This document shows positions 9,410 through 17,099 of a stretch of DNA of 24,000 nt, one piece after another. The notes under the pieces are model-generated. The model worked only from the letters and a program-made list of their open reading frames with translations, had not been told where the DNA came from and did not search any database. Positions within the stretch are counted from its first letter, which is position 1. Every line of letters begins with the position of its first letter. This stretch comes from an uncultured Actinobacillus sp. Lineage in GTDB: Bacteria; Pseudomonadota; Gammaproteobacteria; Enterobacterales; Pasteurellaceae. The position numbers were made by a program, and so were the translations under genes. The DNA lies in contig CAUTMS010000001.1 of assembly GCA_963539805.1 (NCBI GenBank), forward strand, positions 118,993-142,992, given 5' to 3'.

Positions 9410-12052
9410 ATGTCAGCAGATATGTCAGCCAAAAAATCGATTGATTATGATGATTTACAGGACATGGTGGCGTCAAATGATGCCGGGGGGCGCACGCCTC
9501 GCGGTTTTGCCAAAAAACTCATTGTTGTCACCGCTATTTTGTGGTCCGTTTTTCAACTTTATTACACTTCGCCGCTGCCTTATTGGTTGCAGGAAGTGCT
9601 AACCCATCACGGATGGGATATTAATGTGGTGGTGGACGACACCAAAGCGCGCTCTATTCATCTGGCGTTTGCTTTGTTTCTTGCTTATCTGTCGTTTCCG
9701 GCCTTCGCCACTTCGCCGAAGCAGCATATTCCGACGCTTGACTGGATTCTGGCGGTGAGCGGCGCATTTTTAGGGGCGTATTACCTGTTTTTCTACGAAG
9801 GACTAGTGAAACGTTTCGGTGCGCCTAATCTGCAGGATATTATTGCGGGCTGTTGCGGCGTGTTGTTATTGCTGGAGGCGACCCGTCGCAGTTTAGGTTT
9901 GCCGTTGGTGGTCATTGCCGTCGTGTTTTTGTTGTATAACTTTTTCGGCCAATATTTGCCGACGGATTGGATCATCAGTCATCGTTCCGGTTCACTGTCT
10001 CAAATTGTCAACCAGCAATGGATTACTACGGAAGGCGTGTTCGGCGTGGCATTAGGGGTTTCGACCAAATACGTGTTCCTGTTCGTGCTGTTCGGCGCAT
10101 TGCTGGATAAAGCGGGAGCGGGCAACTATTTTATCAAAACCGCTTTTGCTTATCTCGGACATTTAAGCGGCGGCCCGGCGAAAGCGGCGGTCGTATCTTC
10201 CGCTTTAACCGGCTTGGTTTCGGGCTCTTCCATTGCTAATGTGGTGACGACCGGAACCTTCACAATCCCAATGATGAAGCGCGTGGGCTTTACGCCGGAA
10301 AAAGCGGGTGCCGTTGAGGTCGCGTCTTCGGTAAACGGTCAGCTTATGCCGCCGGTCATGGGGGCCGCCGCCTTCCTGATGATCGAATACGTCAATATGC
10401 CTTACAGCGAATTGATTGTTCACGCCTTTTTGCCGGCGCTTATTTCGTATATCGCCTTGGTTTATATCGTCCATATTGAAGCCTGCAAAATGGGGCTGAA
10501 AGGCTTGCCGAGAACCGATCCGCCAAAACCTCTGCTGATGGTGCTGATTCGCGTGCTGGCGTCGTTTCTGGTGATTTGCGTAACCTATTTTATTCTCGAA
10601 TTTTGCCTCGGCTGGATTAAACGTGCGGCGCCCGATTTTTCGTTCCTGATTGTCAGTGTATTATTGTTCGCGGCGTATTTATTGCTGATTCGCCGTGTAG
10701 CCCGTTTTCCGGATTTAGAACCGGATGACCCGAATGCCAAAATCGCCGTCTTGCCGTCCGTGAAGCCGACGGTGAATGCCGGATTGCATTATTTGCTGCC
10801 GGTGGTAGTGCTGATGTGGTGTCTGATGATTGAACGTATGTCGCCGGGATTATCGGCGTTCTGGGGGACTTTGGCATTGGGCATGATTTTGTTGACACAG
10901 CGTCCGTTGCTCAGCCTGTTCCGAAAAAGTCACGAAAATCTGACCGCACTTTTCCGTCAGGGATTGCAAGAATTGGTTGACGGTTTGGAAACCGGCGCGC
11001 GGAATATGATCGGGATCGGTATTGCTACCGCCACCGCCGGTATTATCGTCGGTTCGGTGTCGTTGACGGGCTTCGGCGTACAGTTGGCGAGCATCATCGA
11101 ATATCTGTCCATGGGTAATATTTTGCTGATGTTGATTTTGGTGGCGATATTCAGTTTGATTCTCGGTATGGGATTACCGACCACGGCGAACTATATCGTA
11201 GTGTCTTCGCTGATGGCGTTGGTGATTGTTGAAGTGGGTAAACAAAACGGCCTTATCGTGCCGCTTATCGCCGTGCATATGTTCGTTTTCTATTTCGGGA
11301 TTATGGCGGATGTCACCCCGCCGGTGGGCCTGGCGTCCTTTGCCGCTGCGGCGATTTCGGGCGGCAGTCCGATTAAAACCGGGGTGGAAGCCTTTTATTA
11401 CAGCCTGCGTACCGCTATTTTGCCGTTCCTGTTCATCTTCAATACGGATTTATTGCTGATTGATGTGGGTTGGGCGAAAGGCATATTGGTTTTCGTTGTG
11501 GCGGTGATCGGGATTATGGCCTTTACCGCCGCCAGCATGGGATATTTCTTCCGTTTCAATAAACGTTGGGAAACCGTGTTGCTGCTATTTGCCGCGTTTA
11601 TGCTGTTTCGTCCGGGATTTTTCATGCAGCATATTTCGCCGACGGAGCGGTATATCGAACCGGCGAAACTGGTGCAGGAAATCGGACAAACGCCGGTGGG
11701 ACGAAACCTCACCCTTAAAGTGGCGGGTGTGAATCCTTACGGCAAGCCTATCGAATTTTATTCTCAACTTAGCGTACCGGAAGGAAAAACGGGCGAAGAA
11801 CGTTTGGAAAATCTCGGCCTGACCTTGCTGGATACCGGGGAAAAAATTGAAATCAACGGTGTTGAAACGCCAAAAATCCTGATTGATAATGTTACCCTCG
11901 ATTCGCCTGCGGCCAAAGCCGGCCTGAATTGGGATCAAACCATTATCGAAGTGGCGGTGCCGCAAAATTCTTTAGCGAAAGAATGGATGTTTATCCCCGC
12001 CTTGTTATTGATTGCGGGCATTGTCTGGAATCAGCGCCGCCGTCCGGAATAG
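9410..12052 (+). CDS. TRAP transporter fused permease (TAXI-associated 4TM/12TM fusion) with a C-terminal extra-membrane extension
   Basis: About 880 aa and highly hydrophobic. Motifs include GSSIANVVTTGTFTIPMMKR and GIMADVTPPVGLASFAAA. The start is set at the ATG at 9410, with GGAAGGA upstream. The last ~150 aa are soluble-like and end in one further TM helix. Confidence 0.85.
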   Translation: MSADMSAKKSIDYDDLQDMVASNDAGGRTPRGFAKKLIVVTAILWSVFQLYYTSPLPYWLQEVLTHHGWDINVVVDDTKARSIHLAFALFLAYLSFPAFATSPKQHIPTLDWILAVSGAFLGAYYLFFYEGLVKRFGAPNLQDIIAGCCGVLLLLEATRRSLGLPLVVIAVVFLLYNFFGQYLPTDWIISHRSGSLSQIVNQQWITTEGVFGVALGVSTKYVFLFVLFGALLDKAGAGNYFIKTAFAYLGHLSGGPAKAAVVSSALTGLVSGSSIANVVTTGTFTIPMMKRVGFTPEKAGAVEVASSVNGQLMPPVMGAAAFLMIEYVNMPYSELIVHAFLPALISYIALVYIVHIEACKMGLKGLPRTDPPKPLLMVLIRVLASFLVICVTYFILEFCLGWIKRAAPDFSFLIVSVLLFAAYLLLIRRVARFPDLEPDDPNAKIAVLPSVKPTVNAGLHYLLPVVVLMWCLMIERMSPGLSAFWGTLALGMILLTQRPLLSLFRKSHENLTALFRQGLQELVDGLETGARNMIGIGIATATAGIIVGSVSLTGFGVQLASIIEYLSMGNILLMLILVAIFSLILGMGLPTTANYIVVSSLMALVIVEVGKQNGLIVPLIAVHMFVFYFGIMADVTPPVGLASFAAAAISGGSPIKTGVEAFYYSLRTAILPFLFIFNTDLLLIDVGWAKGILVFVVAVIGIMAFTAASMGYFFRFNKRWETVLLLFAAFMLFRPGFFMQHISPTERYIEPAKLVQEIGQTPVGRNLTLKVAGVNPYGKPIEFYSQLSVPEGKTGEERLENLGLTLLDTGEKIEINGVETPKILIDNVTLDSPAAKAGLNWDQTIIEVAVPQNSLAKEWMFIPALLLIAGIVWNQRRRPE
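10943..10951 (-). repeat. Uptake signal sequence core (inside permease gene)
   Basis: Exact ACCGCACTT. Confidence 0.9.
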
Positions 12053-12061
12053 GAGCCGAAT

Positions 12062-12487
12062 ATGTATAAAAATTTACTGATTGCCATTGATTTAAATAAT
12101 CTTGATAGCGCGAAATATGTGGTGGACACTTGTTTGAAACTGACGGCGCACGAGGAGAATCCCGTATATCGGGTGGTGACGATTATCGAGCCGATGGACG
12201 ACAGCTTTATTTCCGCTTTTTTGCCGAAAAATTTTGATAAATCGGTGGTGGAAGAAGCCAACAAAGCGCTGCATACTTTTACGGAAGCCAGTTTCCCGAA
12301 AGGAGCAAAAGTGCAGCATATTGTAGCGCACGGCACGATTTACGAAGAAATCAATCGTATTGCAGAAGAGAAAAACGTGGATCTTATCGTGATGCTTGCC
12401 AGCAGCAAACCCAACGCCGCGGGTCTTAGCACCAATACGGTGAAAGTGGCGCGATTCTCGGATAAACCGATATTGGTTTTGCGTTAA
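12062..12487 (+). CDS. Universal stress protein (UspA family)
   Basis: 141 aa. It starts with the Usp-like N-terminal strand YKNLLIAIDL and has a C-terminal LIVMLAS...G...VKVARFSDKPILVL segment. AGGAG lies 6 nt upstream, and the gene starts 9 nt after the permease stop. Confidence 0.75.
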   Translation: MYKNLLIAIDLNNLDSAKYVVDTCLKLTAHEENPVYRVVTIIEPMDDSFISAFLPKNFDKSVVEEANKALHTFTEASFPKGAKVQHIVAHGTIYEEINRIAEEKNVDLIVMLASSKPNAAGLSTNTVKVARFSDKPILVLR

Positions 12488-12490
12488 TCC

Positions 12491-12530
12491 AAGTGCGGTC
12501 AAAAATTCTTTCGTTTTTTTGACCGCACTT
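12491..12530 (+). terminator. Inverted USS pair terminator after the usp gene
   Basis: A 15-bp perfect stem AAGTGCGGTCAAAAA (12491-12505) / TTTTTGACCGCACTT (12516-12530) with a 10-nt loop. Confidence 0.75.
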
Positions 12531-12585
12531 TTACTGATTTTCATCAAGCGTTTCCCGATAAGCGCAGTTTAAAAAGGACGTATTC

Positions 12586-12857
12586 ATGAAAAACTTTGCG
12601 AAATTTACCCTGTGGACGGGGGTGTTGTTAACGGCGTCGGTGCAGGCGAAAGGCTGGACGTACGATGATTTCCGCGCATGGTAACGGAATTGCCGAGTGA
12701 ACTTGCCGGTATGAACTGCCGCAATTATCCGGATGTAATCACTTACCGTGGCGATAATCCGAACGATATGTTCAAAGAAGGCGAGAACGAATACGAGATT
12801 GAGACCCATTTGGTGTCAGTCACCGGCGCAGAAACTGATAAGCTGATATGGAGATGA
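12586..12857 (+). pseudogene. Small secreted protein gene apparently split by a 1-nt frameshift (hand-translated ORFs 12586-12684 and 12678-12857)
   Basis: ORF1 reads MKNFAKFTLWTGVLLTASVQAKGWTYDDFRAW-stop, a signal peptide with VQA-K cleavage. ORF2 in the next frame reads MVTELPSELAGMNCRNYPDVITYRGDNPNDMFKEGENEYEIETHLVSVTGAETDKLIWR-stop and has no RBS of its own. Both fall below the ORF-track cutoff. Function unknown. Confidence 0.4.
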
Positions 12858-12858
12858 A

Positions 12859-13479
12859 ATGATGATCAAAAAAGTCGTAGAAGAATATCTAAATCAAATT
12901 CAGGTAGAAAAATATTCAATCATTATTATCAATCCTCTTGATGAGATATCTATTATTTCCAATCAGCCACAAGCCTGGGAACAGGATTTCATTAAAATGA
13001 AACTGCATTTGAGAAGTAATATAGTTTTAAAAGCGAAAGAAAAAATAACGCCGTTCTGGTGGTCGGCGGAAAGTGCGGATAATGAAGTATGTAGAAAATT
13101 AGTGGAAAAATATAAAATTCGCTGCGGAATTACCTTTGTCATGAAGATAAAATGTGAGCATGTTATTTTTACCTTATATTTTAATGAAAACGACCCAAAT
13201 TTTTTTAATTTATATCAAAAAGAAAAACACAGAATTTTGTTTGAGATCCTTAGTCTGTTTGAGGAAAATTATAAACGAGAGCCAATAGTTAGTCTCACTG
13301 GTAGAGAGAAAGAGGTGTTAGACCTGCTAAAAATAGGGAAGACATATTCGGAAATAGGAATGATTTTAGGGGTGACGGAAAGGACGGTCAGATTCCATAT
13401 CACCAATGTATTGGCTAAACTGGATGTTACTTCTGTGAAATATGCTATTGTGAAAGCTATGGTTGAAGGTATTATCTGA
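12859..13479 (+). CDS. LuxR-family transcriptional regulator: quorum-sensing-type N-terminal ligand-binding-like domain plus C-terminal GerE/LuxR HTH
   Basis: The C-terminus LTGREKEVLDLLKIGKTYSEIGMILGVTERTVRFHITNVLAKL is a LuxR-type HTH. It carries the invariant E150/L154/G160 spacing (TraR E178/L182/G188). The N-terminus keeps the spacing W40-x3-F44-x8-S53-N54-x13-W68, which equals TraR W57-Y61-D70-P71-W85. Confidence 0.8.
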   Translation: MMIKKVVEEYLNQIQVEKYSIIIINPLDEISIISNQPQAWEQDFIKMKLHLRSNIVLKAKEKITPFWWSAESADNEVCRKLVEKYKIRCGITFVMKIKCEHVIFTLYFNENDPNFFNLYQKEKHRILFEILSLFEENYKREPIVSLTGREKEVLDLLKIGKTYSEIGMILGVTERTVRFHITNVLAKLDVTSVKYAIVKAMVEGII

Positions 13480-13491
13480 TAGTCTCAATAT

Positions 13492-13533
13492 AATAAGAGG
13501 TAAACCCTTTTACTACGGGAATTGCCTCTTATT
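13492..13533. terminator. Candidate bidirectional hairpin between the convergent luxR-family gene and the operon end
   Basis: AATAAGAGG (13492-13500) pairs with CCTCTTATT (13525-13533). The loop is long at 24 nt, so this is only a moderate candidate. Confidence 0.4.
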
Positions 13534-13537
13534 ATGA

Positions 13538-13984
13538 TTACTTTTTAAAATTTATGATTATTGCCCCGATAATAACAAAAATTACACCGGTAACGCGAGC
13601 AACGGATATTGAATGTACCGGTACGTTAAGTAAACCGAATTTATCAATTACTAATGCTGCGATAACCTGCCCTGCTACCACTAAAACCAGAAAATTAGCA
13701 GCGCCGATAAGCGGTATGGCGAATGTCCCAATTACAAGAAATGCAACACCCATAGCCCCACCTAACCATGCCCACCACGGAGCGCTTAAGATTGTGTCGT
13801 TTGGTAACGGAGCCTTGAAGATAAGAATAAGAAACACCATGAGAACGATACTTACCAGAGCGGAAACCAGAGATGCCGTTACCGGGTTTCCCAGAATTTT
13901 CGATAATTCCGCGTTAGCGCCTCCCTGTATAGGTAATGCAACCCCTGCCAGAAAGGCACAGATTAAACTAATAACGTATTGCAT
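13538..13984 (-). CDS. Small DMT-superfamily inner-membrane transporter (YdcZ/DUF606-like); putative exporter
   Basis: 148 aa and entirely hydrophobic, with 4-5 predicted helices. The N-terminus LAGVALPIQGGANAELSKILGNPVTASLVS resembles the YdcZ family. The start is set at the ATG at 13984, with AAGGA upstream, 11 nt after the HAD stop. Confidence 0.55.
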   Translation of the reverse strand: MQYVISLICAFLAGVALPIQGGANAELSKILGNPVTASLVSALVSIVLMVFLILIFKAPLPNDTILSAPWWAWLGGAMGVAFLVIGTFAIPLIGAANFLVLVVAGQVIAALVIDKFGLLNVPVHSISVARVTGVIFVIIGAIIINFKK

Positions 13985-13995
13985 ATTTCTAATCC

Positions 13996-14688
13996 TTACC
14001 ATAAGCTGGAATTTAATAAACATCTATCAACCCGAAGGATAATATCTTTTGTAATATCAGTGAATTTATTTACCATGCATTTAACACCAGTATTTATCAT
14101 TTCTTCCCGCTGAAAATTATGCGGCATTGATGCAGGAACACCAATAAAACCGGTATTTAATGCTTTACACACTTCAGCTACTCGGTTTATATCATCAATG
14201 AACACAACTTCATCAAAGTTTAATTTGAATTCTTCTTTTACGATTTCAAATACACCGGGGCGGAAAGCATTGATATCAATATAAGGCTTATCTTTGTCAA
14301 AATATTTCGCATAGGGTGCTAAAAAACGATCAAAACTATACTCTTTATTTCGCCCACCATAACAGGTTAGTTTTGCTCCCGTGCTATTTAATAACGCTAA
14401 TGTTGATTCAATACCAGCGCGAACCTGTACTGGATGATCTTTAATATACTGTTCTCGTATTTTAAAGAAATCTTTAATGACTTTTTCACCGGAGTAAGGA
14501 AGTTTACAGGCAAGTGCCAGATTATGACCGGCTGTGATTTGAGGTGAACCCCATACGCTACGTTCAATTAACGGCGTATATTCTACACCCAGAGATTCAA
14601 CAAATATTTTTATTGCCGGACTGTATGTGTCATTTAGCACAACTCCGTCACTATCAATAGCAAAAAGTTTAATTTTTTTCAATTTCAT
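13996..14688 (-). CDS. HAD-superfamily hydrolase (putative phosphatase)
   Basis: Motif I FAIDSDGVV has the DxD nucleophile pair at D12/D14, and motif IV is VVFIDDIN. 230 aa. AAGGA RBS, 11 nt after the ketosynthase stop. Confidence 0.7.
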   Translation of the reverse strand: MKLKKIKLFAIDSDGVVLNDTYSPAIKIFVESLGVEYTPLIERSVWGSPQITAGHNLALACKLPYSGEKVIKDFFKIREQYIKDHPVQVRAGIESTLALLNSTGAKLTCYGGRNKEYSFDRFLAPYAKYFDKDKPYIDINAFRPGVFEIVKEEFKLNFDEVVFIDDINRVAEVCKALNTGFIGVPASMPHNFQREEMINTGVKCMVNKFTDITKDIILRVDRCLLNSSLW

Positions 14689-14699
14689 AGAATTATCCT

Positions 14700-15917
14700 T
14701 TATTCATATTTAGAAAAGATTAAGGCGGCATTTTGGCCACCAAATCCAACAGAAGTACTGAGTACATTTTTCACATGAATATCACTGATCGTATTAGTGG
14801 CAATTTTAACTTTTATTTCTTTATCAATGTTTCTTAAACCTGCAACTGGTGGAATTTTATTATTTACGATTTTTAATATCGAGAACACGGCCTCTATTGC
14901 ACCTGAGGCTGCCAAACTATGTCCTGTAACCCCCTTTGTTGACGTCACATAAGCACTTTTACCAAAAAAATCATATAGAACTTTTCCCTCAATACGATCA
15001 TTAAGTAGTGTTGATGTGCCATGTGCATTGATACACTGAATATCGGTAGATTCCAGTACGGCATCGTTTAAGGCTGCACAGATGGATACTGAAAGCCCAG
15101 AACCATTAGGTGATGGTGATGTAATATGATATGAATCATTAGCTGAACCATATCCAGCTACTGAAGCATAAATTTTCGCTTTACGATCTAAAGCCGATGT
15201 TTCTTTCTCTAGGACAAGCATTGCTGCACCCTCTGAAATAACAAAGCCATCTCTTTCATTATCAAAGGGCCGTGATGAATAGGCTAGATTAGTATTTTTA
15301 GAAAGGGCTCCGATCTTTGTAAAGGAGGATACAACCAGCGGCGTTATAGGTGCTTCACTTCCGCCAGCAAGAACAATATCACATATCCCATTTTCTATGA
15401 GATATTTGCCCATCCCAATAGAATCAGTTCCAGATGCACATGCCGTTCCGATAAGATAAGTTGGTCCTTTTATACCGAGTTCAATAGCAATATTTCCAGT
15501 TGCCATACTTCCCATTGTAGAAAGTAAATATAACGAACCTATAGTGCCAACTCCTTCGTTATATGCTCTTTTGTTTAATTTCTCAACAGAAGTGACACCT
15601 GCCAGTGAATTACCTAAAATGACCCCGACTTTAACGGTTTTATTATCAATATCTAACTTTGCGTCTTCAATGGCTTTTTTTGCTGCATAGAGAGCATATT
15701 GAATAAACGGATCAATTCTCCATATCAGTGATTTATTCAAGCAATCTGAGGGAGTAAAATTTTTGATAGGGCAGGACCATGATACGTCAAGAGTATTCAA
15801 ACGATTATCAATGATCGTCATACTTTTTCCTTTAATCAGATTTTCCCAACACTCGTCAGGAGTAAGGCCGGCAGAAGAAATAATTCCCATACCGGTAACA
15901 ACAACTTTATGTTTCAT
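14700..15917 (-). CDS. Beta-ketoacyl-ACP synthase, FabF/FabB-like (KAS I/II type)
   Basis: The N-terminus is KVVVTGMGIISSAG. The catalytic triad context is intact: GTACASG (Cys), NAHGTST (His) and TGHSLAASG (His). The start is set at the ATG at 15917, with AAAGGTG upstream. Confidence 0.85.
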   Translation of the reverse strand: MKHKVVVTGMGIISSAGLTPDECWENLIKGKSMTIIDNRLNTLDVSWSCPIKNFTPSDCLNKSLIWRIDPFIQYALYAAKKAIEDAKLDIDNKTVKVGVILGNSLAGVTSVEKLNKRAYNEGVGTIGSLYLLSTMGSMATGNIAIELGIKGPTYLIGTACASGTDSIGMGKYLIENGICDIVLAGGSEAPITPLVVSSFTKIGALSKNTNLAYSSRPFDNERDGFVISEGAAMLVLEKETSALDRKAKIYASVAGYGSANDSYHITSPSPNGSGLSVSICAALNDAVLESTDIQCINAHGTSTLLNDRIEGKVLYDFFGKSAYVTSTKGVTGHSLAASGAIEAVFSILKIVNNKIPPVAGLRNIDKEIKVKIATNTISDIHVKNVLSTSVGFGGQNAALIFSKYE

Positions 15918-15935
15918 GTTATGCACCTTTCAATC

Positions 15936-16157
15936 CTATTTTTTCAGCTCTTTTACTCTCTTACTTATTGTTTGTAATGTGTCATTGTTAACTAAAGACA
16001 AACTACCTTCGGATAAACCAAATTCTCGTTCAATTTCTATTTGAAATTCAACTATGCATATTGAATCTAGTCCTATGCTTTCGAGTGGTTCGTCATTTTT
16101 AATATTATTTTCTGACACACCAAAAGTTTCAGTTAATATTGTTTCTAATTTTTCCAT
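15936..16157 (-). CDS. Acyl carrier protein (dedicated, discrete)
   Basis: 73 aa and acidic. It has the phosphopantetheine attachment motif GLDSI (Ser32). Its start overlaps the upstream gene's stop by 13 nt. Confidence 0.8.
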   Translation of the reverse strand: MEKLETILTETFGVSENNIKNDEPLESIGLDSICIVEFQIEIEREFGLSEGSLSLVNNDTLQTISKRVKELKK

Positions 16158-17053
16158 ATATTCCTCTCGATCTTTAATTTTAAACTTGCCATAATAGATT
16201 CATTTTGAAGTACATTGACATTAAAAAAATATATGTCTTTATATAAAGATACCTTTTGAATTTTAACAATTGCAGGTATATTGATTTCGACGTAATTAAA
16301 AAAATCTCCATCAATTTCAGTAGGTATGAAGTATCCTATATTTTCATGCATCTTCGATAAATAGTAATAGCATAATTGTTTCGCAGCCTCAGTTAAGTTC
16401 ATCCCCGTTATATGATCCTGTTCATGATCATTAAATGATTTATTATTTTTATTAATGTTAATAATAGTACTGATATAAGGGGGAGTATCATGTAAACGTG
16501 TCAAAATCACATTCCTTGTTGAGTTATAGCATACGCTCTCAGGTTGTAAATTCTCTTTTAATTCTATTTGTTGAGGACTGGTTTGAATATTTTTGCGGAT
16601 TAATTTATAGCTGGCAGAACTCACATATGTAACATTTATTTTTATTTCACTTATTACTCTGTCATTTTTACTGAAAATAATGTTAAATACATTTTTTGTC
16701 ATTTTTTGGTTAATAGAATTTTTAGTAAAAATATCTACTTTAATATTATTGGAATTTCTCAATGGGGTTATATTATAATTAATAGACCAATTTCTAAGTA
16801 GAAATTTTGAATCTAAACATATACCAAATTCTTTATGAGACAAATATGTTTCAATCTGCCGAGCGCACTCTAATAAATAAAGAGGATTTATAAACCCTAT
16901 TGAAGCGTTAAAATCGGAATAAAATGGGTGATCATTTATTACACGACAATCGGATTGAAATCTTTTATTTGAAACTCGTAAAATATTTTCGATAAACACT
17001 TCACTATCATTTAATTTATGAGTGTATAATTTCAAATCTTTTAAATTTTCCAC
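16145..17053 (-). CDS. AfsA-like protein (two A-factor-biosynthesis hotdog repeats); predicted beta-ketoacyl-ACP:DHAP acyltransferase / butenolide synthase
   Basis: 302 aa, the same size as AfsA/ScbA/MmfL. Repeat 1 has DHPFY (41-45) and NPLYLLECARQ (56-66). Repeat 2 has NDHEQDHITGMNLTEAAKQ (208-226). These match the AfsA repeat signatures DHPFF...DPLL..EA.RQ and NDHVPGMLLLEAARQ as I recall them. GTG start at 17053 with AAGGAGG 5 nt upstream. Confidence 0.7.
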   Translation of the reverse strand: MENLKDLKLYTHKLNDSEVFIENILRVSNKRFQSDCRVINDHPFYSDFNASIGFINPLYLLECARQIETYLSHKEFGICLDSKFLLRNWSINYNITPLRNSNNIKVDIFTKNSINQKMTKNVFNIIFSKNDRVISEIKINVTYVSSASYKLIRKNIQTSPQQIELKENLQPESVCYNSTRNVILTRLHDTPPYISTIININKNNKSFNDHEQDHITGMNLTEAAKQLCYYYLSKMHENIGYFIPTEIDGDFFNYVEINIPAIVKIQKVSLYKDIYFFNVNVLQNESIMASLKLKIERNIWKN

Positions 17054-17099
17054 AGTTCCTCCTTTTAGTTTTATTAAATACCTATTAATGAGTAATGAA

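Noticed and set aside
12531-12809. 92-aa minus-strand ORF listed in the track.
   Set aside because: The plus strand here encodes a signal-peptide ORF with a proper RBS, followed by its frameshifted continuation. The minus-strand ORF would start inside the USS terminator and has no RBS.
13071-13079. USS-like AAGTGCGGA inside the luxR-family gene.
   Set aside because: It matches only 8/9 positions, with the final T replaced by A. It is not counted as a USS, although it could be an early amelioration event.
13554-14042. 162-aa plus-strand ORF opposite the DMT transporter gene, and the 93-aa plus-strand ORF at 15763-16044 opposite the KS/ACP genes.
   Set aside because: These are shadow frames of well-supported minus-strand genes in an AT-rich region. 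Neither has a start context and the translations are not protein-like.
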